In this document: positions 24,656 through 38,669 of the stretch, one piece after another
How the letters are laid out: the number at the start of each line of letters is the position of its first letter
Numbering within the stretch: position 1 is the first letter of the stretch
Assembly (NCBI RefSeq): GCF_009914755.1
Contig: NC_060928.1
Source of the DNA: the human T2T-CHM13v2.0 reference genome, Homo sapiens
Length of the DNA stretch: 64,000 bases
Reading direction: 5' to 3' (one strand)
Notes under the pieces: generated by a model
The model's database searches: none
Told to the model about the DNA's origin: nothing
What the model saw: only the letters and a program-made list of their open reading frames with translations
Position numbers and translations under genes: made by a program

Positions 24656-25149
24656 TGCTATGATTTGAATGTTTGTCCCCTCCAAAACTTACCTTGAAAC
24701 TTAATCCTCAATGTGATGTATTGAGAGGTGGGGCCTTTAAGAGATGGGGCCTTTAAGAGGCAGAGCCCTCATGAATGTATTAATCCATCCATAGATCAAC
24801 GGCATAATGACTTAATGGGCTATCTGGAGGTGGTACTAGTAGCTGTAAGAAAAGTAAGAGAGGCCTGAGCTGGCACTCTCAGTCCCTCCCCATGTGATGC
24901 CCTGTGGCTCCTTGGGACTCTGTGGAGAGTCCTCACCAATAACAAGGCCCTCACCAGCCACCCAGTAACTTGAGAGGCTGAGATGGAAGGAGACCACCTC
25001 AGAAAAAAAAAAAGCCCTCACCTCACAAGACTATCCCTCTCAACCTTGCACTTCCCACCCTCCAGAACGGTAGGAATTAAATTTTGTTTCTTTATAAATT
25101 ATCCAGCTTCAGGTATTCTGCTTTGAGCAACCAAAACTAGATTAAGACA
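24656..25149 (+). mobile_element. MST-family MaLR solo LTR
   Basis: tgctatgatttgaatgtttgtcccctccaaaact...ctagattaagaca. TSD gagag/gaaag. Confidence 0.87.
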
Positions 25150-26404
25150 GAAAGACTCGATGAAAATAAATAAATCAGAAACAAATAGGTGTGGGGAAGA
25201 TATTGTTGATGAAATATGGGGAGAGGTATAAGTCAGTGACCTGAAAAACATGGAGAAAGAAGATAGACAACAGGCTCAGTGGGGAAAGGGGGCAGAAGAC
25301 GATGTACGGAAGGGGTTGGGGTCAGATTGTGAAGTGCCTTGTGTACAAGTGTGGGGAGTTTGAAATTGATCAATGGAAATCAGGTATAAATATGTTCAGA
25401 TTTGTTTGGAGAAGCGGACTCCATGGTTGTGGTTTTCAAAAGCCTGTAAGTATAACTTATGGACATTAATATAGGTGGCCTAATTACAGTAACTCTGAGC
25501 CCTCCATTACTGCAGAATCTCAGTCCTCTCTGTCTCCGACGTATGTGCATCCTTCAAAGCCTCTCTAGTGTTTTTCTGAGGTTTCAACATTGAACCTGTT
25601 GCACTGCAGATTGTCAACTGCAGTTACCAGGAGCACTGGTCATATTCTCCTTCCCAGCTCTTGCTTCTGTATGTCCTTATTCACTGTCCAAGAAGCCACT
25701 TCAGGAAACTTCATTATCAATGATGCTAGCTCACCTATCAAGAAAGGGAACTGCTGGTCTGCAGGGCTCTGGAGTGGTGCTGGGTTCCATGCAAGGGACT
25801 TAGAAGGGTTGTTGCCTTAATTCTTGTCACCAGGGCTCTAAAACCATTGTTTGTGCCCCAAAATGGACAAAGTGAGACTCATAAAAATGCTTTCTTCAAT
25901 CTCTGTCTGTTTAATCATGGATGTTCAATTTTTTTTCAAGGGACATGGTAGGATCCAAACATGGTAACTTCATCTCCCTCATCTTCCTCAAAAGTCTATG
26001 CACACACAAAATTTGCTCCTTCTGCTCCAGCAACAAAGCCATATTGAGATACAAGCAGAGATAAAGGGAGAAGGAGATTGGCCCTTTACACTGCCAGGCT
26101 GGGGTCTCTGACATTTTCACATAATGATTTACCATTTATGTTCAATCCAGTGCCTGACACATCAAAGGACTTGAGTGTTGTTCATTGGATAAATGCACAT
26201 GCAAACCATGTAAAGAATACACTGGTGACAGAAGAGAATAGTGATTCAGAGGCTAACTATTGTTGTCTTAGGAGCACTAAACTAAGATACCAGCAGATGA
26301 GGGTAACTTTGAGAAACATTTCTGAGATGGAATCATCGGATATTTGCAAATGGCTTCTCCTCTTACACTTTTCAAAAAGAATAACGGAGAAAAACATAGG
26401 TGCA

Positions 26405-26734
<330 letters not shown>

Positions 26735-27477
26735 TTACTAATGCTGACCTTCTATTGTACAACCTTAAGTTCCTTGGTTCTCACTAAATATATGCCAAAC
26801 ACAGAGCTATTATCATTGATACCCTCCATCAGGACAGTTGGAGACTCAGGAGATTCTAGAAATCCTAGAAAATCTTCAGAAAAAGCAAAGGTCCAAGTAC
26901 CTGAAACAGAGCCAATAAGAAGGATCAAGATTTCCTGTGTGGAGGCATTACTCATGGGAAATTTTAGGGGCTAGGTTATATAGAAGGAAGAGTTCAGGAT
27001 GCAGGAAGTGAGCATGTATGAGAAGAAATATCAAGAAAAATACTAATAGCTAAGGAGGGATGCTTGGGTAGATGATCTAGCTAGGTTTAAATAATAATGA
27101 CAATAAAAATAGTAAAAACAAAACAATTACTACCTCTTATTGAATTCAAATATGTGCCAGACAATATATCATCTGCTTTATATATGATACTATATTTATT
27201 TCTCATAACTAGGATGTGAGTCAGGCATTCTTATGTGTCTTAGTGATAAGAACAGAGACTGAGAAAGATGAAGAATTTTGTCCAAAGATGATTTCAAAAC
27301 AAGGCTTTTTGACTTCAAAATATGATCCTCTCTGTGAAATTTTTATCTTCATGCTTCAGATGCCAAGAAAATTTAAATTGCTATTGGTGTAGAAAAACAA
27401 AACATCACTAAATGCCACTATCCCTTGTCAACCAATCAACTCAAAGTAATTTACAGGGTATAATCTTATTTGATCCT

Positions 27478-27535
27478 GATATATATATATATTATATTTT
27501 ATATATACTTTTATATATATATTTTATATATACTT
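27478..27535. repeat. AT-rich low-complexity / (TA)n
   Basis: Seen directly in the sequence. Confidence 0.9.
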
Positions 27536-28072
27536 TTCTTATTTTCCATATGCTCTTCTGTCATAAAATTCTTTAAAAAAAAGAAAAAAGATTACTTGGA
27601 ATATAATAAGTGCTTTCATTATACTTGTTCCCAATTCAGAAAGATAAGCCTTGCCTGCCTGTTGACCCTGAGTTTTCAAACTCAGTGGCAAAGGAGTTGA
27701 TACATGAATTTAATTATGAATTATTTCCTTTTTGACAACCAAATCTTATGCAGTTTAAAAAATCCTCTATACTATTCAAATATTCCTTGGAAATATAAGA
27801 GGCTACTTAATACAGAAATTTGAAACTAAATGTTAGAGAAATGTACTAGTAGCAGTAATAGTCTTGGCAGTCAATGAGAATGAAAGAATCAAGAGTTTCT
27901 CCCTTCAGACATCAGATCTCACTTCAGATGTCAGATCTGTGTCATGACTCTGAATTGAAGAACTTGTAGATTACAATCAACAAGGTAAATGTAAGCAATG
28001 TAAACAGACACACATGATTTGATGGACTGCAAGACTGAGATCACAAATTCCTTATTAATTATATGTTGAAAC

Positions 28073-28869
28073 TGATACGGGAGAGAGACAGGGAAACGCT
28101 GGGTAGAGAAAGGCGGGGTTCCTGCCGAGGGTTCCACCCTGGGGCTTGTGCCCACAGACCTAGGTGAGGACAGGCACTCCTGTTTCTGTGCCCAAATGTT
28201 GCATTTTCCAAGATTACCCTGGCCTACCATGCCCCCCGCATCCCGGACCTATAAAAACACTGATACCATAGCAGGCACACACAAAAGCGGCTGGACGTGG
28301 AGAGGAACACAGCCACAGAAGAATACACAGACACCGGCAGTCCATCCACTGCGCAACAACACAGACGCCCAGGGAAATTTGTCGAGGGCAGTCGGAGGAG
28401 AGCCCTGCCCCTGAGCAGCCCAACTCCAGCGGAAGACCACCTTCCCACTCCATCCCCCTTTTGGCTCCCCATCCATCTGCTGAGAGCTACTTCCACCACT
28501 CAATAAAAAACCTTGCACCCATCCTCCAAGCCCACATGTGATCCGATTTTTCCGGTACACTAAGGCAAGAACCCGGGAAACAGAAACCCCACTGTCCTTG
28601 TGATAAGACAGAAGGTCTAATTGAGCTGATTAACACAACCCGCCTGAGGATGGCCAAGCTGAAAGAGCACACTATAATACACGCCCACTGGGGCTTCAGG
28701 AGCTATAAACACTCAACCCTAGATGCTGCCGTGTTGTCAGAGCACAAGCTCCCCACGACCTGCCCGTCTGCATGCTCCCCCTAGGGGTTTGAGATGTGGG
28801 ACCCTGAAGAAATGATTTACACCCCATTGTATGCCCTGTGAAGGGGATAAGGGAACTTTTCCCATTTCA
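28073..28869 (+). mobile_element. LTR1-family ERV1 solo LTR
   Basis: tgatacgg..cagggaaa..ctgggtaga start and gggaactttt.cccatttca end. 4-bp TSD aaac. TATAAAA at 28250 and AATAAA at 28502. Confidence 0.85.
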
Positions 28870-30736
28870 AAACTAACAGTCTACTTCTGGGAGAGTAAAA
28901 AGTGAACAGTTTATTAATTTTGGGAAAAGGTACTTCATTGATCCATCTCTTTTTTTTCTCAAGCATAAATCACCTTCAGTTTTCTGAATCACCATTGCCT
29001 CCAAATTAAGATTCAAAAGCGGGTGAAGAGGCTGGAAGGTACCTAGAACCCTTGAATGTGGGCCAAAAGCCAGACACAGAGGGGTGTGAACCCAGTACAT
29101 ACTCAACTTCTTTACACCTAGGTGAGCTGAGACTCTGGAAATGTGGCAGAACACTGGAGCATGTGACTTTGGATCAAATAAGTTCTCAGAAATTTATTTG
29201 GATTTGCAATCATTACAGAAAGAGGAATTTCTAAGGACTTGGGGACCCACTTGAACAGGGTGAGCCCTTACAGAATTGTGTAAAACTAAATTTTCATCAG
29301 TGTTCTCTGGGGGACTCTCAGAAAGACTGCAATCCTCTGGATGCCTGCATTTTCTTCCATGCATTTCAAGACACCTGGAATAGATATTCTTTAAAAAGGA
29401 AAAAAAAGGGTCAAGGTTGAAACAAAGCCCTTAAAGCATCTGTGCACCCCTGGAATTCCCAAGGATTCAGAATGATCCTGTTGTGATCTGGAGACTCCAT
29501 AAGTGTCGTTAAGCTGGGCAATTTGGACCCACTACAAAGAAAACTCAGTGGTCCAGTCCTCAGACTCTCAGACTTTGGGGTGGGCCCACTGATTACCTCC
29601 CAATCAAAATGTCCATTCTGTATTCCTGGATGCCATTTTCATGCCTCACCTTAATGTACAATGAAAGGCATTTAGTTATGGCTCCATTCCAAGGAAGAGG
29701 CCTTATTAACTTGCTGCCCAAGTCCAAGTTAGAAATGCACATATATATTCCCAAATGGGAATACCTGTGTAACTTTGAATCAAAGAGCAAATTTCACGGT
29801 AGCAAAGCCGAGGGCCGACTTTTAGCTTCATCTTCTAGAAAACTATCCAGCCATGTACATCAGCTAGAGTTTTAAAGCCAAACAAATACTGAAGGAAAAA
29901 CGAAGAATTTTAAAGGAGAATGAAACAACCACAACAGGACAAATAATCCTGAATCACAAATGAGAACACTCCCATTGGCAGAGACACAAAGGTAATATTT
30001 TCACTAGAATGAATAGTCCTAGAAAAATTTATTCTCCAATATCAGACACAACCAGGCCTTTTCCTTCCATATGAGACATGAATGTCTCCTTTTTCCACTT
30101 CATCGTTTTCAGTTATCCAAACAAAATTTTAGCAGCAGAAAAAATAATGAATTTAGTCTGTTTAGGTCCAGTATTTCCTCGTTAATGTATTAACTCCCTG
30201 GCAGTAGTCAAACCATGCACTCTTCCTCCGGAATATTTCTTTCTCTTTTATCACCTTTAGAATTTCAGTGTCACTGAATAACTTCTATTTAATTTTGTCC
30301 CAGTGCAAGAAGCAGACACCTTAAGAGCACGTTAATTTCATCGTGACTGAAACTTTGGGAGACCTTGTATACCACAGAGGCAGACTGCTGTTTAAAACTT
30401 TCTTTTTTTTAATGTGTGTCAGAGCACTTTAACTTCAACCACTCTGCTAAGAGGCTGTTGTTTTAGTTCAAAGTGTACACAAAGGAGAGGATCACCACGT
30501 ATGAACTAATATTTGCTTAACTGTCTTCATTTCCTCATTGCCCTGCAATTCAAGTGCTCTGTATTCCTTTTTTCAGCAGTCATAGCATTAAGTGAAGAAA
30601 AATTGTGTTGCTCGTAAGCCCAGCATATGCCAAAGAGTCTAGTATTTGCTCTAGTGTTTCTCACAACCATGTGTTAAATGATACTTTACTTTCATAGCTA
30701 AGTGAGGCAATGTGGGGTGAGATTAAAGGAGCAAGC

Positions 30737-30794
30737 CTGCACAATGTGCACATGTACCCTAAAACTTAAAGTATAAAAAAAAAAAAAAAAAAAA
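30737..30794 (+). mobile_element. Extremely 5'-truncated young L1 (L1PA2-like 3' terminus plus poly(A))
   Basis: ctgcacaatgtgcacatgtaccctaaaacttaaagtat followed by A20. Perfect TSD aaaggagcaagc at 30725-30736 and 30792-30803. Confidence 0.93.
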
Positions 30795-33281
30795 GGAGCA
30801 AGCGGCAAAGGATAGAGTGTGGCCTGGAAGGTTAGCTCAGGTAAGGTCTCTCCCACCGAGTTGCTACTCCATATTCCAGAAGCTAGAGTGTCCATTTCTC
30901 CTCCCTTAGGTAATTATTTTGAAAATTAATGACTGCCACCCTGAGTGGTAAGATTAAAGTAACTTAAATAGAAAACCAATACCAACAAAAGAAAGAGACA
31001 GAGATAGAGACAGAGAGGGTGGGAAAGAGAGAAGTGGGGAGAAGAATAAAAGGAGGGAAAGGGAGGGGAGGTGAAAGAAAAGATAGAAAAATTGTCCCTT
31101 TCAGAAGAAGATATGGAAATCCACCAAGGGCAGTCATCCCAGCAGCTCACTGCTCTCTGCTGTGGGCAATAGTTGGGTTTGATCCAACATTGTCAATTAT
31201 TCACTCTCAAAGCTTTCATAAGTCTTGAAGTTGCAACACAGAGCAGCAGTATCAAAGCTTGAAGTGGAATAAAGAGAGGAAGAATAACATCCTAACTCCT
31301 TGAATGTTACTACATCTCTGCATTTGAAAAGATTTCAAAGTGCCTTCCTTATTGCTCATTATCATTCCTCCACCTGACTTTCATTTTTCTCTTCCCTTGT
31401 CTCTCCTTCCATAGACCCCACCACACAGCATATCTAGTGGATACTGTCTAAATTGTGGAGGGTAGTGGAAGGAAAGAAAGAAGTTCTGCTTCTTCACACC
31501 TCTCCACCAGCTCCTTCTTCCATCCTTCTCACCAGACGTCCCAGCCATGTGGGCTTGCAGCCAGTGGCTTCTCCAACACTAGCTCTGATGGTAGCCCCCA
31601 TAGTTTCAAAATCAAGATTCCCAGTGTCACTTTGCCCTTTTGCCCATTTCAGAAATGATATTTAGGCTTCCTAGAGCTCCTAAAGATCCAAATGCTGTAT
31701 CTTCTTTATCCACCCCTTCATTGACACTGCAGCTTTGATCCGTCTAATGAACTGCACGGAGAGCAAAGCTGCTGACCCTCTCAGTGCTTGGTAACAGCAT
31801 TACTTACTGGCCTATCAAAACAATGTCTGTGTATACTTGATCCCCAGAGACTCCCAACCTTCCCTCAGTGTTATTATACAATAAAGCTCTCTTTATAAGA
31901 TTGGTTTTCAGTTGAGTATTTGAAATCGAGAGGGGTAAGGCAAGTTGTATTTGCCTTCACAGTTTCACACTATTCATCTCTAGAGGGAGCATGTGTCTCT
32001 TTTGGACCACTGGGCATTGTAGAGCTGAGCCAGGAAGTACAAAACTGTGTTCTTCCTCTGCCCGTCCATAAACCATGCTCCATGCCCAGAGCCAAGCAAG
32101 GGAGCAGAGAGCCCTGCTCTCCACAGCAGCTAAGCCTGTGGTCTCTCCTTCAGGCCAGATTTTGGGAGGCACCGGGCCTCCCCAGGGAACAGAGCCTAGA
32201 ACTATAGTGAGCTACCTCTGAACATAAGTGTTTTACTGTCCTCCTAAGGCCAACACCTCTCCACCCCCCTCCAAAGTCCTTTTGGATTTCTTCCCTTTGC
32301 AGGCCCCACCGAAATGTCTCCCCACTCAGTCAACACAGCAGTTGTCTCTGGCTGGGCTCTAAGAGCAGTAAATAGGTCGATTGTGACAAAAAGGTTTCAG
32401 TCGTTGCAATTGCTTCTTGCTGCAGGTGGGAAAGAGGTTCTCATGTGAGGTTCACATCAGGTTCTGTGTATTACTACAGCAGATCTTACCTGTTGATTTG
32501 TTTTTTCTTCTTCTTCTTCTTTTCCTCTGGCCCCTGGCCCATTTTTGCAAATGTAAGAGTGTCATTTCTTCAACAAACAAAGGATTTCCTCCACACTCTC
32601 ATAGGTTTGGTAAAACTCCATGGTTTGAATATTTCTTTTCTCCACTTAGGAGTTCTTTCCAAAAAAGCACTACACTACAAGTGCTATTGGATGGCATGCA
32701 ATGTCAGGCTATTTTTTTTTCCATTTCATTTTATTTTGAATTCAAACACTAGCAAAACCTGAAGCCCATAAGCCCCGTTCCCTGTCCATGCCTGGGCTTT
32801 CACAAGGTTGTATCCTAGTTATGTAGAGACTGCACATCTAAGTTCTTTTCTTGGGTCTGCTCTTTTATTAAGAAAGAAATGGACAAGGAGTCAAAATAAT
32901 GACATTAGATTTTGCTACTGCCTGGTTAATTCTTTTCTTTGGGGAAAGAATGTTGCAGAAATAGATTGAAAAACAGTTTTTTAAAGTTTTGAAATGATCT
33001 ACAGATATAATAACCATTTACTGAGTGCTTACTTCAGTCATCGGGTTATGTGTGTACTGCTTTATTAATCAATTCAATAATTAAACTGAAGGTATTAATA
33101 CTACCCCCATTTTACAGATGTGTAAATAAGCTCAGACTAAGTAAACTGGCTAATGTCTCAGACAAGAAAATATCAAAGCGGAAATGAGAGTATAATCGAA
33201 AATCTGTGCTGGTAGCTTCCCTGCAAAAGGGTTACCTTTAATGACAAATTTACATTATCTGAGTTGTCCAAACTTTCCTAA

Positions 33282-34003
<722 letters not shown>

Positions 34004-34509
34004 TAAGGCAACATAGCTACCAACATTATCTTTTCTTGCTAGCACCTCTCTCTACATTTTTTAAAAACCTGGACTGATATTTTTTCACAGAGTAAAACAA
34101 AGCCTCAGGATAATTCAACAGGCTTCTAGCCCTCATGCTGAATACACGTGAGTCATATGTTGACTCCCATGGCCTGCCATGTATCAGTGTCACAGCCTCT
34201 CCCACGACATCAGACCAACAGCATGACAGTTGCCAAACTTTCTTAAAAAGTCACTTAAATATTTCAAACACATTACCTGGCATGCTAAATGTTAAACATA
34301 GTATTGCTCTAAGGGTTTTTTCCACTTTAGCATTTGCTCAAATTCCTCATTCATTCAACTGTACTTCTTATGACACAACTTTCATGAAACTGTACATATA
34401 AGAGAGAAATTATTTTGGACAGCCTTCTTAATCAATTTCCACTCTTAAACCATCCAAAGAAATCTGAATTTATATTTAAAAGATTTTTAGTTTTTCTCTT
34501 CTTGTCAGT

Positions 34510-34745
34510 ATCAATTATTAATATTAATAGTAGAAATTTGCATAGTTCTTTCAATCGCCTATCATATGTATAATCTCATTTAATCTTCATAGCTTCCCTA
34601 TGAGATAGTTATTATTATCTTATTTTGCAGGTGAGAAAACTCAGGCTCAGAAAGATTAGATAACTTTCCAGTAGCCAAGAAGTGATAGAGTTAGCAATCA
34701 AGCTTAAGTTTTCTGACTCCAAAACCAATGCCACTATTGTTACAC
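34510..34745 (-). mobile_element. MIR SINE
   Basis: tctcatttaatcttca..., tattttgcaggtgagaaaactcaggctcaga. Confidence 0.8.
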
Positions 34746-34956
34746 CACAGTGTTGGTGCCAAATTGGCAAGTATCTCCTTTCTAAATCTTTATAAGGACT
34801 TCTATCTGAAGTCAATATATCCCCTTTCTTTTTTTCCTCAAGGAAGGACTTCCAGAGTTAGCAAAGAGAGACAAAGAACAACTCTTACAGCCATGTGTTA
34901 AAGTGCCTTAGGGCACATTACAGAGATGAGCCATTATCTGTGTGTGTGTGTGTGTG

Positions 34957-36151
34957 TGTACTGGGGGAACCAGCCCCCAATATTTCAATGTAGGTTCTTT
35001 CTATTTTCCCTAAGTGTCGACTGGTCTGAGACATAAAGAGAAAGAGTACAAAGAGAGGAATTTTACAGCTGGGCCGCCTGGGGTGACATCACATATCGGT
35101 AGGACTGTGATGTCCCCTGAGCTGTAAAACCAGCAAGTTTTTATTAGGGATTTCAAAAGCGGAGGGGGTGTACGAACAGGGAGTAGGTCACAAGGATCAC
35201 ATGCTTCAAAGGGCAAGAAAGGAGAACAAAGTTCATATGCTTCTGAGGCCAGTAAAGACCACAAGGCAAAGGGCAAAGCAAGATCACAAGGAAAAAGGGC
35301 AAAATTAGAATTACTGATGAGGGTCTATGTTTGGCTGTGCACGTACTATCTTGATAAACATCTTAAACAACAGAAAACAGGGTTCAAGAGCAGAGAAACG
35401 GTCTGACCTCAAATTCACCAGGGCGGGATTTTTTTCCCCACCCTAATAAGCCTGAGGGTACTGCAGAGGACCAGGGCGTATTTCAGTCCTTATCTCAACC
35501 ACATAAGACAGACACTCCAGAGAGGCCATTTATAGACCTCCCCCCAGGAATGCAATTCTTTTCCTAGGGTCTTAATATTTAATATTCCTTGCTAGGAGAA
35601 GAATTCAGTGATATCTCTTCTACTTGCACATCCATTTATAGGCTCTCTGCAAGGAGAAAAATATGGCTCTATTCTGCCTGACCCTGTAGGCAGTCAGACC
35701 TTATGGTTGTCTTCCCTTGTTCCCTAAGATCGCTGTTATTCTGTTTGTTTTCAAGGTGCACTGATTTCATATTGTTCAAACACCCATGTTTTACAATCAA
35801 TTTGTACAATAGTGGTCCTGACGTGACATACATCCTCAGCTTACGAAGATAACAGGATTAAGAGATTAAAGTAAAGACAGGCATAAGAAATTATAAGAGT
35901 ATTTTTAGTAGAGAAGGGATTTCACCGTGTTAGCCAGGATGGTCTTGATCTCCTGACCTTGTATCCACCCACCTCATAAATGTCCATGAAATCTTCACAA
36001 TTTATGTTCAGAGATTGCAGTAAAGATGGGCATAACAAATTATAAAAGTATTAATTTTGGGAACTGATAAATGTCCATGAAATCTTCACAATTTATGTTC
36101 CTCTGCCGCGGATCCAGCCAGTCCCTCCATTTGGGGTCCCTGACTTCCCAC

Positions 36152-36155
<4 letters not shown>
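34957..36155 (-). mobile_element. MER11 (HERV-K11/HML-8) solo LTR
   Basis: gggggaaccagcccccaatatttcaa start and ggggtccctgacttccc.caac end; internal repeat ataaatgtccatgaaatcttcacaatttatgttc occurs twice. Confidence 0.93.
35899..35975 (-). mobile_element. Internal AluY left-arm fragment within MER11
   Basis: gtatttttagtagaga...caccgtgttagccaggatggtct.gatctcctgacct; no poly(A) tail and no TSD. Confidence 0.88.

Positions 36156-36206
<51 letters not shown>
36155..36206. repeat. (TG)n microsatellite (partner run at 34939-34958)
   Basis: About 26 TG units. Confidence 0.97.
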
Positions 36207-36208
<2 letters not shown>

Positions 36209-37721
36209 TTTTGTCTTGTTTTATTTTGTTTTAGATGAAGTTGATTCCACTGACCCAATCATTTATGAAGTTCAAGTCCAGGCCTTTGCTGAAGCTGGTA
36301 GTCTATGAAACATGCTGCTACTCACAGAAGCTGATTTGAGAAATTTAAGTTGCTAGCAATAGTAGATATAATAAACTATGAGAAATATATACAATTTAGC
36401 CATTTTGTATTTTGGAATAAGGACTCTCCAAGCTCATGCAATGTAGGTTTAGAGTAACATATGTTTATTTAGGATAGATCCTTAAATCTTAGAAGGCAGA
36501 GTAAAAACCAGTGTGTTCTGATCAAGAAATGAAGAAATGTAGCGGTATGGATATAACTTTTAAACTCTCCTAACAGTCTTCACTTCTTATCCGCTTCCTT
36601 GTCCATCTCCAGGAGTGACCAACAAGTTCCCACACCTGTCATGATGCCTGAGGACCATCACTAGTGATGTGTATCCTCCACACATGTGAACAGTGATGCT
36701 CACGCAAAACAGTCTAGGCCTCTGGAGCTGTTTTTTCTAATGCGATGACACTTGATCTTTGTTCATCTACACTGTCTCTCCCAGCCATCCCCTCTGCAGC
36801 GAAGGCATCTGTGGACATTAGTAAGACTGCTGGTAGAGGTAGAAGCACAGTCTCTGTTGGTAGAATGCATCAAACCTAGTTAGCACACTCAGCGAACAAA
36901 TGATGCTGAAATCACCAGCTTAGTGTTTTCACCAGCCAAGACACTTATGAGATGTTACTTCATGGTGACAGTGGTGACTTCTCATCATCAAAGTTTTTCT
37001 GCTTCCCATAAAGAGTTTTCACCATTCATCTAAAACGAAGCATGGAAGCCAGAGCCAGGCCCCCACAGCTCACCACCAGACTGTGGTTAGCTCTACCACA
37101 AATGAAATGTGCTATAGTAGGCAAGCCACTGAAACTGTCATGACTCTGAAATTTCTCAACTGTAAAATGGAATAATAGTACCTGCTTTACAGGTTATTGG
37201 CAGGATTATATGAGTTGATACCATTAAAATATCATCACTCCCCTTTGCCCAAGGGATAAAATCCAAATCCCTTAATGTGATTTTAAAACTTTTAATTCAC
37301 TCTGCAGTTTCATCCCTTGCCATACCCACCCCTTAAATTCTCTGCTTGAGTGACTGAGTTTCTTTTCCTTCCTTAAACATGCCACTATCCTTGGCACATA
37401 CTGCTCCTATTCCCCCTCTGCATTTTTCACTTTGCTTAGGTAATTATTTAAGTTTTGGACTTGATATCAATTCTTCTAAGAAGCCTTTCTCTAACATTGC
37501 CTCTTCCCTTCCCCCAGCCAAATCTACACTAGAGTATAAGGTAGTTTTTGTATGAAAGCATTTGTTTATTCACGTAACAAGTGTTTCTTAAGTACTAGGT
37601 TACTGTTCTGGATTTTGGATAGAGTGAGCAAGAGAGACAAGGGCTGTGCTATCATTCTCAGTTGGGAAGCAAGAAACCAAGTAAGTCAGCTAAGGAGTAA
37701 GCAAGAGAAATTTAAGTAGAA

Positions 37722-38035
37722 CAGGTTCACAATCCTTTCTCCAAAACCACTGGGACAAGAAGTGTTTCAAAATTCAGAATTTTTTAATTTTATAAAAGTA
37801 ATGCAGTTTACACTATTTGTTACATCAACAGAGTCTGATGGAGCATCTCATAATCAAACACATTAATATGTCTTCAGTAAAATATCAATATACAACATTC
37901 ATGATAAATTGAATAAATAAAGATGATAGCATCATATCATTTGGTGCTCATTGGTTTGCACCAAAATTATGAGGGAAAAAACTTAGTTTTCCAGAGATAT
38001 TTGGATTTGGGAATTATGGATGAGGATGATGGAAT
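37722..38035. mobile_element. Tigger4/MER46-like DNA transposon
   Basis: tccaaaaccactgggacaagaagtgtttcaaaattcagaatttt...tttggatttgggaattatggatgagga. Confidence 0.65.
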
Positions 38036-38356
38036 AGAGACAGGTTTGTGAGAAAAAAAGAATCCTGAGTTTAGATCAACCAGGAAGGCATCTCCTGAGA
38101 GGCAGCATTGGAGCTGAGATATGAAAGGTTCAAAGAGGCCTGACATGTAAAAGCTGTTTAAGCAATAATTAATTCCCCAATATTCTGCCCCTTACTTTTG
38201 ATCATAAACTTCAAAATTATGGAGATCATGTTTTCTTAATCCACTGTTTCATTGTGTCCACAGCGCAGACAAAAGTGCCTGGCTCAGAGTAGATGCTCAG
38301 AAAGACATTTGTTGAGGTAATGAAAATAATTGATTAACAAAATAAAACAAGGTTCG

Positions 38357-38669
<313 letters not shown>

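Noticed and set aside
27931-28672. Dense overlapping ORFs
   Set aside because: GC-rich LTR sequence with few stop codons; no gag, pol or env similarity.
34620-34640. ttttgcag|gtgaga as a recursive splice motif
   Set aside because: It lies in the MIR core, where this text is commonplace, and has a short pyrimidine tract.
35976-36100. Direct repeat with spacer, superficially CRISPR-like
   Set aside because: It is the intrinsic tandem repeat of MER11 in a eukaryotic context, with only two units.
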